This document shows, in pieces, positions 9,901-19,159 of a stretch of 64,000 bases of DNA; the first letter of the stretch is position 1; each line of letters begins with the position of its first letter. The stretch is from IMG/VR virus record IMGVR_UViG_3300023296_000874, positions 124,001-188,000 of that record, one strand, 5' to 3'. The notes beneath the pieces are model-generated. The model saw only the letters and a list, made by a program, of their open reading frames with translations. It was not told the origin of the DNA and ran no database searches. A program made the translations under genes and the position numbers.

Positions 9901-11576
9901 GTCTCCTCCGTGTACCCGTGGGTGAGAAGCACCTGCCCAACCCCGAGGTCCACAATGTAGTCGGTGTCCTCGGTGAGAGTAACGGGAGTGCCTGTGGTGT
10001 CCTTCAGGACGATCGTGTTCGGCACCGCGTCGATGTTGGCGAGCTGAAGCATCTCATACTGTCGACGGCTACTGTCAGCGTCACCCGCAGCGCCGGGAGC
10101 ACTGTCGAAGTTGGTGAGTACCAACTCGCCTGGAATGGTGGCAGTGAACAGGATCGCGGGGAGGTCCTCGTCGATGGTGAAGTCCACGTTCTCAACGAGT
10201 GGGTCAGTGTACCCATCTGGCACGGGGTCATAGCGAAGGCTGATGGTGCCCGCCGTCGGTACGAAGCTCATCCGGACGTTGTTGACGCCGCTCAACTCAG
10301 AGGCAAGCACTTCGTCCTCGAGGGAGAAGTTCAGGCTGAGGTCCTTCTGCGAGAGTACGGGGTTCTCCTTGAAGGTGATGTCGATGCTGCGCTCAAGGGT
10401 GGCAACGCCTGTGCCTGCGCTGTAGGCCACGGTGGAAGTTCCGTCCTCCACCTCAGCGTAGTCCACCGTCTTCCCGGTGTAGGTGTCCAGGTCGTCCGTG
10501 TTGAAGTTGAACGTGCCCTCTGCAATGGCGAACTCCACGTTGCCGGATGCTGGAGTGCCAAAAGCCAGCTCATCGGCTACGGCTGCAACCGTGAGGGAGA
10601 TGCCCGACACCTTGATGGTGAAGTCGGCTGGCCTGTTGGAGAAGTCGTTGAGGTAGTCAGTGCTTACCTCAAGGCGTGGGCTGTTCGAGATCTTGCCCAG
10701 CTCGTAGTCAACGAGGGTCCACCGGTTGAGGCTCTGAGTGAACTCGAACTTGGTCTGCCAGTTGCTGTTCCGTGCCCAATCGACGGTCACGTCCCCAGCG
10801 AGGATCTTGCCTTCAAGGATCTCGGTGCCCTTGAAGTCATCGAACTCAATGCCCGCGTAAACGGTTGCAGACACAAGGGTCTTGAGCTTGAATCTCACGT
10901 ACCTCACGGAGGTTGAGGCGAACCCTACATCGTCTGTCTCGTTGGGAGCGTCTGCATCGAAGGTGAGGGTGTTCCAGCCTACGCTCAAGGAGCCGGAATC
11001 CACGCTCCACATGCGCTTGTTCCCAAGGGTGTCTTCCAGGGTGAATCGGATGTCGTCCAACCCAACCAAGGTCCCGAGGTACACGTCCACGAAGAAGTCA
11101 AGGTCGTCGTAGGCTGAGTAGTCAGCTACGGTGAGGTCCTTCTCAATACCTGCGTTGGTGCCCGCCGTTCCGGTCTTGTTGAAGACGATGCTCTTGGAGC
11201 CCTGCTGCGGGTCCCGGCTCGTCAAAGCTACGCCGGAGGCCTGGTTGATTGCCACCCACCCGTCGATGGTCTCGAACGTCTGCTCTGAGCTGACGTTGAT
11301 GCCCGATCCCTCGTCGCTGACGTAGACCATGTACTCGACGGCAAAGTCGGGCGGCGGTTTGGTGCCTTCTCGCTCATCTCCGACAGGAGTCTCGTCTCCG
11401 GGCGTGTACGGATAGGCACCCACTTCCTCAATGTTGTTGGGAAGGGGCCAGACGGGGGACTCCGCAAGAGGACGAGTCTTCGCAGGCAGCGTGCTTTGCG
11501 CGTTGGTCAGAGCCACGCGCGGCTGCTTCACGATAAACTCGTCTGTACGGACGAATGTGGATAGTTCAAGTGCCAT
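6969..11576 (-). CDS. Very large baseplate / tail-fibre-associated structural protein
   Basis: 1535 aa, rich in D/T/V beta-strand sequence, with repeated DY-x-V-D-x-x-x-G-x-[IV] modules and a helical C-terminus. Lies in the baseplate operon. Confidence 0.65.
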   Translation of the reverse strand: MALELSTFVRTDEFIVKQPRVALTNAQSTLPAKTRPLAESPVWPLPNNIEEVGAYPYTPGDETPVGDEREGTKPPPDFAVEYMVYVSDEGSGINVSSEQTFETIDGWVAINQASGVALTSRDPQQGSKSIVFNKTGTAGTNAGIEKDLTVADYSAYDDLDFFVDVYLGTLVGLDDIRFTLEDTLGNKRMWSVDSGSLSVGWNTLTFDADAPNETDDVGFASTSVRYVRFKLKTLVSATVYAGIEFDDFKGTEILEGKILAGDVTVDWARNSNWQTKFEFTQSLNRWTLVDYELGKISNSPRLEVSTDYLNDFSNRPADFTIKVSGISLTVAAVADELAFGTPASGNVEFAIAEGTFNFNTDDLDTYTGKTVDYAEVEDGTSTVAYSAGTGVATLERSIDITFKENPVLSQKDLSLNFSLEDEVLASELSGVNNVRMSFVPTAGTISLRYDPVPDGYTDPLVENVDFTIDEDLPAILFTATIPGELVLTNFDSAPGAAGDADSSRRQYEMLQLANIDAVPNTIVLKDTTGTPVTLTEDTDYIVDLGVGQVLLTHGYTEETLLGNVFIEDTAFVDINFSFYVNGVEIDEYNIVPQAGWINIDRPLFEGDHPTVDYTTDEEGSEGTVITGADVKSPSVEVPGIGRVGILITGADPAAGGEFSFSVQRPPIQLNRVELEPDVLTIAVDGDRTAEYVAGVVLKLEDDHYHIVSSAYDGTTLKTTLTLGAGTRTKYINPSTFRSKSTVTWMDAVGTHDDISEGVSTFTLLNEAVNEAAYYEGILLRVNDLDVYAIKGAVTDGTDLIVSLTKQLTQPVKAANVIEITTVPIPTVGDEDLKTFYTPIHEIPDRYNGNIDLLTLEDRFPGLGGRSIRVIRNAVDLDFGIDYTVALDGTITFRDPVDASDDTIVIRYVPFRLSALRDELTIAYSYYSVSPSGVGLRGSMDYVVPDTFYFRVVNNSTQAAIYQAVVESAVRQKAGQVSAGSSPAVAASGGNHQSGLETPVTKVGDLYDNDLIAQRIYDFMTTRVGYLESEKQELSGEVTGGYGGQLTNDDLEESARGTGRLFPITASIILRIFKKGQDIALPARPYRLPVLFGQSLEDDGGRLVMDDDYPTIPVVTFPPWPPQGKHYKGANQEPTAFGILGIFSIGFSASAPTTFIENWYPFSLDPTYVHPITADDYTNYAISPADVDIEAQAPVQDTGDPSDAVPIFPPAEKELDRADWAGFDVSSPPLTTYESAAPRSMSYVPSSYEGMAIGALQTIDDAIEADTLKGTPHRNIEADPTTYSDFLGWIYRDMNEYDLLKNGSAAELVLLEAEWQSGGRPADLTAITDNAKQQLLVLNLQKESLTRQQTFLTSLTGQITPVPSGDPEVTTYDDAVATLVLVGEAIVDVQAALDNLQTWYDDVIVTGSGTSSDAQIRTRWTFLTGVDVSAVSPPTVLPVTPVTLDSRISQVEARMVAIVARLGEINTALGYDNTDQPDFSADSTSEDLYTQRFTFLDLRVNRESGTLFKALAGHAQYVRDVQESSSLLSILSLLGG

Positions 11577-11601
11577 GTGATTTGATCTCTATTTGGCTGG
11601 T

Positions 11602-12186
11602 CTACAGAAGTCTGCCGCTTCCAGTTCCTGATGAAACACCGGGACCAGCAGGCCCAGCGATTACGACGGTGTATTTTACGTTGGTCATCATGAAAGTGAC
11701 CAACCCCGAGCTGATGGCCAGTACCATCTGGGGCCAGTTCACCCCTGTGAATCCCGCCGCTGCTGTGATAGCCCCAGCCATCCCCGCTGGCTCAATGCCG
11801 ATGATACTTCCGATACCTACGCCTGCTCCTACACCAGCGTGTGCGGTGACGGTCTGCGCACTCGCGAGGTACGTGCAAGTAGCTGACGCAAGGCCGAGTG
11901 CAAACTGACTCATCTGAGGTCCGAGCAGTCCAGCACCTTTGAGGTTGGCCTCGAGGATACCGTAGAGGATCGGCGGTGTGCAGGTAGGAGCCAACAGAAC
12001 CCCATTCCCTACTCCCGCTCCGGGTGCGCCCACGTCTCCAACGGTCGTGATGATGTTGGCTGGGTGGGCAGTCAGATACGTTGTGAAGCCGACAGCGATC
12101 CCGTTCGCCAGTTGAGCAGCCTGCGGTCCGACGAACGCGGTGTTCGTCATGATGAGCCCGGTGTATATGGAGGGTACCATCGCCAT
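11602..12186 (-). CDS. Gly/Ala-rich spike-adjacent structural protein
   Basis: 194 aa, coupled to the spike gene. Has G-x-G-x-G repeats; function unassigned. Confidence 0.55.
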   Translation of the reverse strand: MAMVPSIYTGLIMTNTAFVGPQAAQLANGIAVGFTTYLTAHPANIITTVGDVGAPGAGVGNGVLLAPTCTPPILYGILEANLKGAGLLGPQMSQFALGLASATCTYLASAQTVTAHAGVGAGVGIGSIIGIEPAGMAGAITAAAGFTGVNWPQMVLAISSGLVTFMMTNVKYTVVIAGPAGPGVSSGTGSGRLL

Positions 12187-14237
12187 CAGAGTGACGCCTT
12201 TACGGTGAGCGAGCCAATGTGCGGAGCTCCGGTCACAAGGCAGGGGTGAGCAGAGGTCACCACGCCGCCAATCGGAGCAGCTCCGAGGTTCACCGCGCCG
12301 CCAGTCACATTGATCACCCCGCCCGTGATCTGAATGATTCCCGAGGCCGCTATTGACATGGCTCCCGCCGCCGTCGAGACGCTGATTGCCCCCGTTGCCG
12401 TCACAATCGAAATGGCTCCCGTACCTACCGACACGGAGTAGCTTCCGGTACCAATCGACGTCAGCTTGTTGCCTGAGCCGATTGTGTCGGTCATGTTGCC
12501 CGCCGCAATCGTGGTCAGGTCGTTCCCGAGTGTGATGGTTGCCGAACGGCCACCAACCATGAGCAGGAGGATGTCAGCGTTGGTGCCTGTTCCGGGCGTC
12601 GATACCGTAACGTCACGGGGTCCACCAACCAGCTCGTTCTGCTCACCCGTGACGGTGTTCTTGTGGTCGCCACCGATGGTCTGGTGGAAGTCGCCCGTGA
12701 CGCTCGTGCTCTTCTTACCGAGGATCTTCTCGTTGGATGCACCGTGAATGGTCAGGTTGTAGCTGCCTTTGGTCGTGACGTGATAGTCGCGTCCAACAGT
12801 CCTGTACTCCTTGCCAGTCATCGATGTCCGGAGGCTGGTCTCCTCAGAGTCCGTGCCGTTGATGGACATGTTGACGCCGCCAGCAGCCGTCACGTCGATG
12901 GAGCGTCCCTTCTCCCCTTGATCGTTGGTCAACCCTCGGCCAATGACAGCCTTGACAGCGCCTTCGGCTCTTATATAGGCCGACGTGCCCGTTGCGTTTT
13001 CCTTCCCAAGCGTCAGCTTGAGAGCGCCCGCGAGAGCGGCATGGACGGAGTGCCCATCGCCCAACGACCCGCTCTGGGAGGATCGTGGCACACTGATGTA
13101 GACGTTTCCGGTCTTGGTGATGGCCCGTCGGTAGTTGCCTACACGGAGGTAATCAGCCACGGCTTCGGAGTGGATCTCGTTGTCCCTGAACACACCGCGC
13201 GAGCTCTGAGCCTCATTGAGTGCCCAAACGCCGGTCGCCTGGGTCATCGAAGTGAAGAGCTGAGCCTTGAGCACGCGTCCGTAGATGTCAGGGTCGGTGA
13301 TGTCGTTCCCTACGAGGGTTCCCTGCACATGCTCAATCAGGGGGATGCGGGCGTCGCTGTCCCCCGCGAAGTGCTCCGTATCCTCCGTGAACCTCATCGA
13401 CAGAGGCGAAAGCTCGTGAAGCTCCAACCGGCGTTCGGTCAGCGGCACACCTCGCTCAAGGGGTGAGATTGGGAGGGCACAGACGTAGTTGACCTTCTTC
13501 CCGTTGGGAAGGGTCATGGGATTGATCAGCCGGGCCGATACCGCACCTTCGTAGGTGCTGGTATCCATGAGGGGGATGCCCTCTTCCATGTCGTAGGTGT
13601 CACTTCCCGGCTGCAGGATGTGGTCGTCTACGGCAAGAAGGTTCCGAGTGATGGGTCCGGTCTTAACGTAGCCACCAGAAACGTTCTCTACGCGCGCAAT
13701 GGAGTTCCCTACGAGGGTGCCGTCATCACTCCTGAGGAGGAGCTCGTTGCCGTCGGAGTTGCTGAGAAGTACGTCATCGGTCAGTACAAGGTCAGAGCCC
13801 TGCGTGGATTGGAGCAGAACCTGGCCGGGGAAGAGCTTGCGCAGTCGGCCTCGGATGGTCTTGCTGATCCGCTCGCGAACGTCATCCTCTTCGGTGGCGG
13901 GAAGTCCAATCAACTGGGACTCACCGCGCCGGGCTGCCTGCACGCCGAGAGGGAGGTACGTGAGGATCACGGGCTCCCAAGTGTCTGCGCCCTTGTGGTA
14001 GAACCCAATGACGCAGAGAGCTCCCACCTCCGGCATCACGCCCATGAAGGCAGCACTGCTCCAGTATGCGGACGTGAGGTGGACGGCGCTTCGACCTCCA
14101 GTCTCCTGGAGGTACCGGAAGTCGATCTTGTACTTCGCCGTGTCAACGCGGGTGATCTCTGCCACGCGGAGGCGAAGGTACTGAAGATTCTTGAGCTCTG
14201 AATAGCCCGTGGAGTTCTCATCAAGAAATTCAGGCAT
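12186..14237 (-). CDS. Baseplate central spike (gp5/gpV/VgrG-like)
   Basis: 683 aa. N-terminal OB-fold-like segment (GVMPEVGALCVIGF), C-terminal beta-helix repeats, and an apex motif HPCLVTGAPH. Confidence 0.8.
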   Translation of the reverse strand: MPEFLDENSTGYSELKNLQYLRLRVAEITRVDTAKYKIDFRYLQETGGRSAVHLTSAYWSSAAFMGVMPEVGALCVIGFYHKGADTWEPVILTYLPLGVQAARRGESQLIGLPATEEDDVRERISKTIRGRLRKLFPGQVLLQSTQGSDLVLTDDVLLSNSDGNELLLRSDDGTLVGNSIARVENVSGGYVKTGPITRNLLAVDDHILQPGSDTYDMEEGIPLMDTSTYEGAVSARLINPMTLPNGKKVNYVCALPISPLERGVPLTERRLELHELSPLSMRFTEDTEHFAGDSDARIPLIEHVQGTLVGNDITDPDIYGRVLKAQLFTSMTQATGVWALNEAQSSRGVFRDNEIHSEAVADYLRVGNYRRAITKTGNVYISVPRSSQSGSLGDGHSVHAALAGALKLTLGKENATGTSAYIRAEGAVKAVIGRGLTNDQGEKGRSIDVTAAGGVNMSINGTDSEETSLRTSMTGKEYRTVGRDYHVTTKGSYNLTIHGASNEKILGKKSTSVTGDFHQTIGGDHKNTVTGEQNELVGGPRDVTVSTPGTGTNADILLLMVGGRSATITLGNDLTTIAAGNMTDTIGSGNKLTSIGTGSYSVSVGTGAISIVTATGAISVSTAAGAMSIAASGIIQITGGVINVTGGAVNLGAAPIGGVVTSAHPCLVTGAPHIGSLTVKASL

Positions 14238-14245
14238 CTAATACC

Positions 14246-16891
14246 TCAAGAGTCCTCACCCAGGATGTCCCGAATGATGGCGGATGTGGGGTTGGCCGGA
14301 ACCTGAACGGTGGTTGTGGGGCTCCCATTCCCTGTAGAACGCTCGGCAGCGGGCACAGATGGCGAAATGGGTCCCGCTTGGCGGCTAAGAAGATTGCCAA
14401 GCGTGTGAGAGGCGAACTGCCCAAAGGGTGTCGATGAGCCTCCATCCCCTTCCTGAGCACGGCTCTTCTCGGCTTCGTAGTCCCAGATCTCGGAGTCGGA
14501 TACCTGGTAGGAATCGTCAAGCAACGAGTCAATGTCAGACACTCGCTCGAACACATCGTTGAGGGTTGAGCCGAGGTTCTGTAGGGTGAGCACGTTGTCG
14601 ATAGTGTAGTTGTCCTGGCATCCGCAGACGTTTGAGCTCTCGTCGTCCGGGGACATGGATGCGAATAGTTGACCGACGTCCGTCTGGTCAATCTTCATCA
14701 CACCCGCGCCGGTCATGACGCCGCCACCCGCCGTAGATCGGGTCTGGGTTCCCTCCGTCACCTCGGTCTGGTCATCGGGAGTCATCTGCCTCAGAAGAAC
14801 AGCGGCATTGGCACGCGCGGCTGCGGCTGCGTCCGTACTTCCATCTGCCTGCCCATCCTCGTCCGTGTTACCGGATGCTGCGGCGATGTCGCCTACCTCG
14901 TCAATGATCAGGCCGCGCCCGTAGGGGAAAGCACCCACAAGCTCGTAGCCGCTGGAGTCTGATACTGGGATGAGCGCATTGCTCACATCCTGTCGGAGGT
15001 CAGGGCTGACGGTGTCCTCCGGACACCAATGGACGTGCATGGCGGTCTGATCATCGTCGAAATCGTACACCCACAAGCCACCGCTGATGTCCCATGTGAT
15101 GCCGCGCCGCATCTGGTCCCAGCCCTTCTGAAGCTGAAGCTTGTTGTCGGAAACGTCCACGTACCCACCCACACGAGCAACCTTGTGAGGGACGCCTTCC
15201 GCGTCAGGTACGCCAATGGAGAAGGGGTCGTCAAGTGAGGACTTTGCGTTGAACTCCTCCACCGAAGCTGGGCGCATGATCACGTTGGGCAACCCTACGT
15301 TCCTACCGTCGGTGTCGCGGTTGACGCCGTTGTTGTCCACCCGAACCATCTCACCGTTCGGAGCCTGCGTACCGTTCTTGAAGAGCAGGTCGGTGGAGCT
15401 GAACCGTGTACGCCTTGCGCGTAGGCCCAGGGTGGTCGTGAAGGAGCTTCCGAATGCGAAGGAGTGGCTGATGGAGTGAACGTAGTAGAAACAGTCACGG
15501 CTCTCAACGTACACAGGAAGACCGAGCCGGAGCTCAGGACGTCCTGGGATGGTGATTGAGCCGGTGAAACGGTTGGCTGCGTACTGAGCCACCTTGTCGA
15601 CGGCGTAAAAACCACAGGCTTCGCCGGTCTTCAGCCAGTGTGCTTGGATATTCTCCTGCCTCACCCCGTACTGACGGCAGAGGTGGAAGTCTTGGAAGCA
15701 TCCGTTGGGCTGTACCTCAGCGGACATGCCGCTGTCGAACATCGAGTTGAGCTGTCCCACAACGTCTACGCGCGTGGCCTCCGGCTCTGACTCCTCGAAG
15801 TTCCAGTTGAGGACGTCGATGTCCCTGATCCAACTCACCGGGAAGTTCTGGCGCGCATCGATGTTGAAGAACGGTGGCTTGAATACGATCTCGCCAGTGG
15901 TGTCCATAAAGAACTCCCACCCGATGTGGTCCTTCACCTGCACCATGATGTCCAGACGGCCTCGGTGCTCGCTCTGGAAGTTGTCGATGTTCCCAATGGT
16001 CAGGAACGGGCTGAAGTGGGATTCGTTCACCGCAAGGTCAACGCCGAAGAGGCGCTGCGATGAGACGTTGTTGAGCTCTGCCGCGATCTGAGCCTGGGTG
16101 TCTCGATCGCCTGCATAGAAGGCAGCGGAGTTGAAGATGCTGTCTCCGGCCACTCCGTACACACGGATTGCGCGGGCAATCTTGTTCATCCGAGCGCCCC
16201 AGTACTTGATGAGCTGGTCTGCGCTCTCCCTCCACACTTCTCGAGCGTCCTCAGATACCAGATTGGCGTTCTGGAAGCTCTGTACCTCGATCAGGTCCAC
16301 GCGCGATACGGTAGAGAGGGCCGCGAGGATCTGGAACGGATTGCTCCGCTGGAATCGTGTGGCCCATGCCTGTTGGTTGTTGCGCCCACTGATGCGGTCA
16401 CTCAGGAGTGAGGGATGCAGGTTGAACTTGATGATGTTCCAGAAGCTCAGCATGTCAGAGCAGTTGATGCTGAGCGTGTGGTTGCCGTCCGAGTAGTTCT
16501 CGCTGATGTTGTTGATGTAGCCCCAGAACGCGCGGTAGTAACGGGGGAATCCGTGTACCGTGTACGCCCCCTTGAACCAGATCTCCACTTCCATCATGTT
16601 GGTCAGAACGGACTGTCCATCACGGATGAAGGAGACGTTGGCCGAGCGTGGTACCACCATCTCGAGCGAGGCGTTGCCACCGCCAGCTCCGTCCGTGTCC
16701 AGAGACGTCGAGATTGAGGTGACGTACTGCTTGACTGGAACCTTGGAGTCACACTCAAGGCAGAACGGGATCGCGTACTCCTCGTTGACGTAGATCATCG
16801 CGTCGGGAGCCTGCACCACAGTGGGCTTCGTGTTGTACGTCCCCAGGTAAGGATTTCCCCGGATGTCCGCTGAGAAGTCGCTTGAACTCAT
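14246..16891 (-). CDS. Baseplate hub (gp27/gp44-like)
   Basis: 881 aa. IPGRPELRLGLPVYV...YYVHSISHSF...TTTLGL is typical of the hub C-terminal barrel. Lies upstream of the spike. Confidence 0.8.
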   Translation of the reverse strand: MSSSDFSADIRGNPYLGTYNTKPTVVQAPDAMIYVNEEYAIPFCLECDSKVPVKQYVTSISTSLDTDGAGGGNASLEMVVPRSANVSFIRDGQSVLTNMMEVEIWFKGAYTVHGFPRYYRAFWGYINNISENYSDGNHTLSINCSDMLSFWNIIKFNLHPSLLSDRISGRNNQQAWATRFQRSNPFQILAALSTVSRVDLIEVQSFQNANLVSEDAREVWRESADQLIKYWGARMNKIARAIRVYGVAGDSIFNSAAFYAGDRDTQAQIAAELNNVSSQRLFGVDLAVNESHFSPFLTIGNIDNFQSEHRGRLDIMVQVKDHIGWEFFMDTTGEIVFKPPFFNIDARQNFPVSWIRDIDVLNWNFEESEPEATRVDVVGQLNSMFDSGMSAEVQPNGCFQDFHLCRQYGVRQENIQAHWLKTGEACGFYAVDKVAQYAANRFTGSITIPGRPELRLGLPVYVESRDCFYYVHSISHSFAFGSSFTTTLGLRARRTRFSSTDLLFKNGTQAPNGEMVRVDNNGVNRDTDGRNVGLPNVIMRPASVEEFNAKSSLDDPFSIGVPDAEGVPHKVARVGGYVDVSDNKLQLQKGWDQMRRGITWDISGGLWVYDFDDDQTAMHVHWCPEDTVSPDLRQDVSNALIPVSDSSGYELVGAFPYGRGLIIDEVGDIAAASGNTDEDGQADGSTDAAAAARANAAVLLRQMTPDDQTEVTEGTQTRSTAGGGVMTGAGVMKIDQTDVGQLFASMSPDDESSNVCGCQDNYTIDNVLTLQNLGSTLNDVFERVSDIDSLLDDSYQVSDSEIWDYEAEKSRAQEGDGGSSTPFGQFASHTLGNLLSRQAGPISPSVPAAERSTGNGSPTTTVQVPANPTSAIIRDILGEDS

Positions 16892-17121
16892 GTGTCTTCT
16901 CCCGGTGTGTTCTGATTTACCTGCGCCCAGATCCGGGCGAGGAGGTCGTTTGGTGTCAGGTGGAGCACCTTCGCCACCGCTTCAACCCGGTCCTCTTGTG
17001 AGGTGGTTGCGGTGAGGAGGTACAGGATTTGATGCGCCGTTCGTGAGTCGCCGCGCGCTACATGGATGAGGGCTTCCTCCAAGCCGTAACGAATTACGTC
17101 GGGGTGTACTGCCTTGCCCAT
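16888..17121 (-). CDS. Small hypothetical protein
   Basis: 77 aa, GGAG RBS, stop overlaps the hub start. Confidence 0.6.
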   Translation of the reverse strand: MGKAVHPDVIRYGLEEALIHVARGDSRTAHQILYLLTATTSQEDRVEAVAKVLHLTPNDLLARIWAQVNQNTPGEDT

Positions 17122-17129
17122 GGATGCTC

Positions 17130-17381
17130 CTATTCGGAAGCCTCGGAGAGGAGCCGGGCCACCCTCTCACGTCCTTCCTGTGTGGCGAGTAGCCGGTTGA
17201 TTGCAACGATCTCAAGGTCCTTGACAGGCTCTTCAGAGGGGTTCCACTTCGCGATGGTCCAGTCGTGGAACCTATCTGCCGTTTCCCCAAAGAAGGGGAG
17301 CAGCGGGTGCGAGATGCAGTTGTGGACGATGTCCCAGAACTTGTCTCGGAAGTAGTAGGCTGCCAAACGGAAATCAATCAT
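17130..17381 (-). CDS. Small hypothetical protein
   Basis: 83 aa, coupled to its neighbours. Confidence 0.6.
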   Translation of the reverse strand: MIDFRLAAYYFRDKFWDIVHNCISHPLLPFFGETADRFHDWTIAKWNPSEEPVKDLEIVAINRLLATQEGRERVARLLSEASE

Positions 17382-17745
17382 TGAGTAGTTCCTGTCTTGT
17401 CACGGTTGGGAGTAGGTTGATGGCGTCCATCTGCGCTCCACTCACGCCAGCCACGGCGGGACATGTACCCAGAATGTTGTCGTTGTCTGCGTCAACCCAC
17501 CCATCAGATTCCAGCTCTGCGAGTCGAACCTTGGCCTCGGCGGGGGTCATCAACTCCTGCCCTTGAAGGCTGTCCCCTACGGACTCCGGACGCCATTCCC
17601 AGGTGTCAGAGTTGTCTTCAGAGCCACGCACCAGCACCACCCGCACACGGCGGTTCTTAGTGATCTGGAACACCATACGCTGACCGGGCTGGTCAGGGTG
17701 TCGCATAGAGAGGAACATGCTGAAGTCGCCGAAGGTCGTACTCAT
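17374..17745 (-). CDS. Hypothetical protein, weakly WGR-like
   Basis: 123 aa. Beta strands followed by AEAKVRLAELESDGW. Confidence 0.55.
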   Translation of the reverse strand: MSTTFGDFSMFLSMRHPDQPGQRMVFQITKNRRVRVVLVRGSEDNSDTWEWRPESVGDSLQGQELMTPAEAKVRLAELESDGWVDADNDNILGTCPAVAGVSGAQMDAINLLPTVTRQELLND

Positions 17746-18512
17746 GAGGTACTCAGGCTGGTATCGTTGAAGTATTCACGCACGGTGAACTCGAATGAGT
17801 ACTCCATGGTGTAGGGGTTGTCAGCATTCTCTGACATACTGAAAGTGTCGAAGTGGCCGATCCAAGTTTCTGTGTCGTAGGTGATCTGTACGGCACCTAC
17901 GAGTGAGATGCGGTTCGTGTCCGTCACCTCAAAGAGGTAGCCATTGTTCCGGTAGATCGTGAACAGGTGCATCAACTGCTGATACGAAGCGCTGTTACGC
18001 CTGAAGTACCGCGTCAGGCCGGTCTTGTTGGTGTAGGTGGCACCGATCTTCCCGTTGCAGGAGAGCTTGTCCTGCTCCTCACCCCAGTGCTCCTCAATGT
18101 GGCCGTGTCCAGCCATCTGCTCCTGAACTCTTCGTCCAAAGGTGCGGGTGAGGTCCGTGGGGTTGATGTAGAGCATGAGCGGCTCTATGAAGTCCAACGT
18201 CTGAAGTGTGAACTGAATGTCCTCAGCCATCTCAAAGAAGCCGTCCGAGCTCACAAGGTTGTCGCCTACGAACCCGACGTCTGATTGGGAGCGCTCAAGC
18301 TCGGCGTTCTGGTTGAATGCACCGTTGATATCGAGTTCAATCTTGGGTGGGAGCAGCTCGATGGTCATCGGGAGGTACGACTTGGAACTCGGGCGCACGG
18401 GCTCGACGTTCCCCGTGCGGGAAACATCCCCCGCGTAGGACACCTCCATCACGCCCGGCACCTGGATGAGGTCGACGAACCGCTGGGTCAGGCTCTTCTC
18501 AGTCTTTGCCAT
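17742..18512 (-). CDS. Tail tube initiator (gp48/gp54-like), paralog 2
   Basis: 256 aa. YINP...EEHWGEEQDKLSCNG...YRNNG is shared with the next gene. Lies between TMP and hub. Confidence 0.7.
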   Translation of the reverse strand: MAKTEKSLTQRFVDLIQVPGVMEVSYAGDVSRTGNVEPVRPSSKSYLPMTIELLPPKIELDINGAFNQNAELERSQSDVGFVGDNLVSSDGFFEMAEDIQFTLQTLDFIEPLMLYINPTDLTRTFGRRVQEQMAGHGHIEEHWGEEQDKLSCNGKIGATYTNKTGLTRYFRRNSASYQQLMHLFTIYRNNGYLFEVTDTNRISLVGAVQITYDTETWIGHFDTFSMSENADNPYTMEYSFEFTVREYFNDTSLSTS

Positions 18513-19159
18513 CAGCGCCCCACAGTACGGAACTGATGGTGAACCTTGAAAGTGAAACTCACATCAAACACGAAGGGGCTTGCGGAGCTCTCAGCGATCA
18601 CAAGATTCTCGAAGTAGCCGTTGAAGATGTTGGAGTCGAAGTGGAGGTTGATTGAGCCGCTGAAGATCACGTTGCCGCGCTGGTCGTAGACGAGTCCATT
18701 GTTCCGGTACAGGGCTACGAGCTCAAGGTACTTCCTGTAGGCAATGCTGGCCTTGCGGTTCAGTGCCGAGATGCCAGAAGTGGTCGTGATGAACGCCCCG
18801 GTGGAGCCGTTGCATGAGATGGAGTCGAGCTCCTCGCCCCAGTGCTGCTCAAGGTAGCCGCCGCGTGTGATCTGCCGGGTGATGAGCTTGGTGTATTGCT
18901 CTTCGAAGGTCGAGGGGTTGACGTGCATCACCATGTAAGGGAAAGTCGCACCACTCTGAACCACGCTGCTCTCGCCGTGCCTCACGTCGACAAGCTCAAA
19001 CACCACGAACTGACGCAGCTTGTCGATGTAGCCACCGGCTGGGTTCGTGCCTTGAGCACTACCAACCGCATCCGTGATGGTACCCACGGCTCCGGCAACA
19101 ACACTCCCGCCCGTGGGAGCCCCCGTGTTGTTGATTACTGGTGAGGGAATCTTAGGCAT
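18512..19159 (-). CDS. Tail tube initiator (gp48/gp54-like), paralog 1
   Basis: 215 aa. HVNP...EQHWGEELDSISCNG...YRNNG. Lies immediately after TMP. Confidence 0.7.
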   Translation of the reverse strand: MPKIPSPVINNTGAPTGGSVVAGAVGTITDAVGSAQGTNPAGGYIDKLRQFVVFELVDVRHGESSVVQSGATFPYMVMHVNPSTFEEQYTKLITRQITRGGYLEQHWGEELDSISCNGSTGAFITTTSGISALNRKASIAYRKYLELVALYRNNGLVYDQRGNVIFSGSINLHFDSNIFNGYFENLVIAESSASPFVFDVSFTFKVHHQFRTVGR

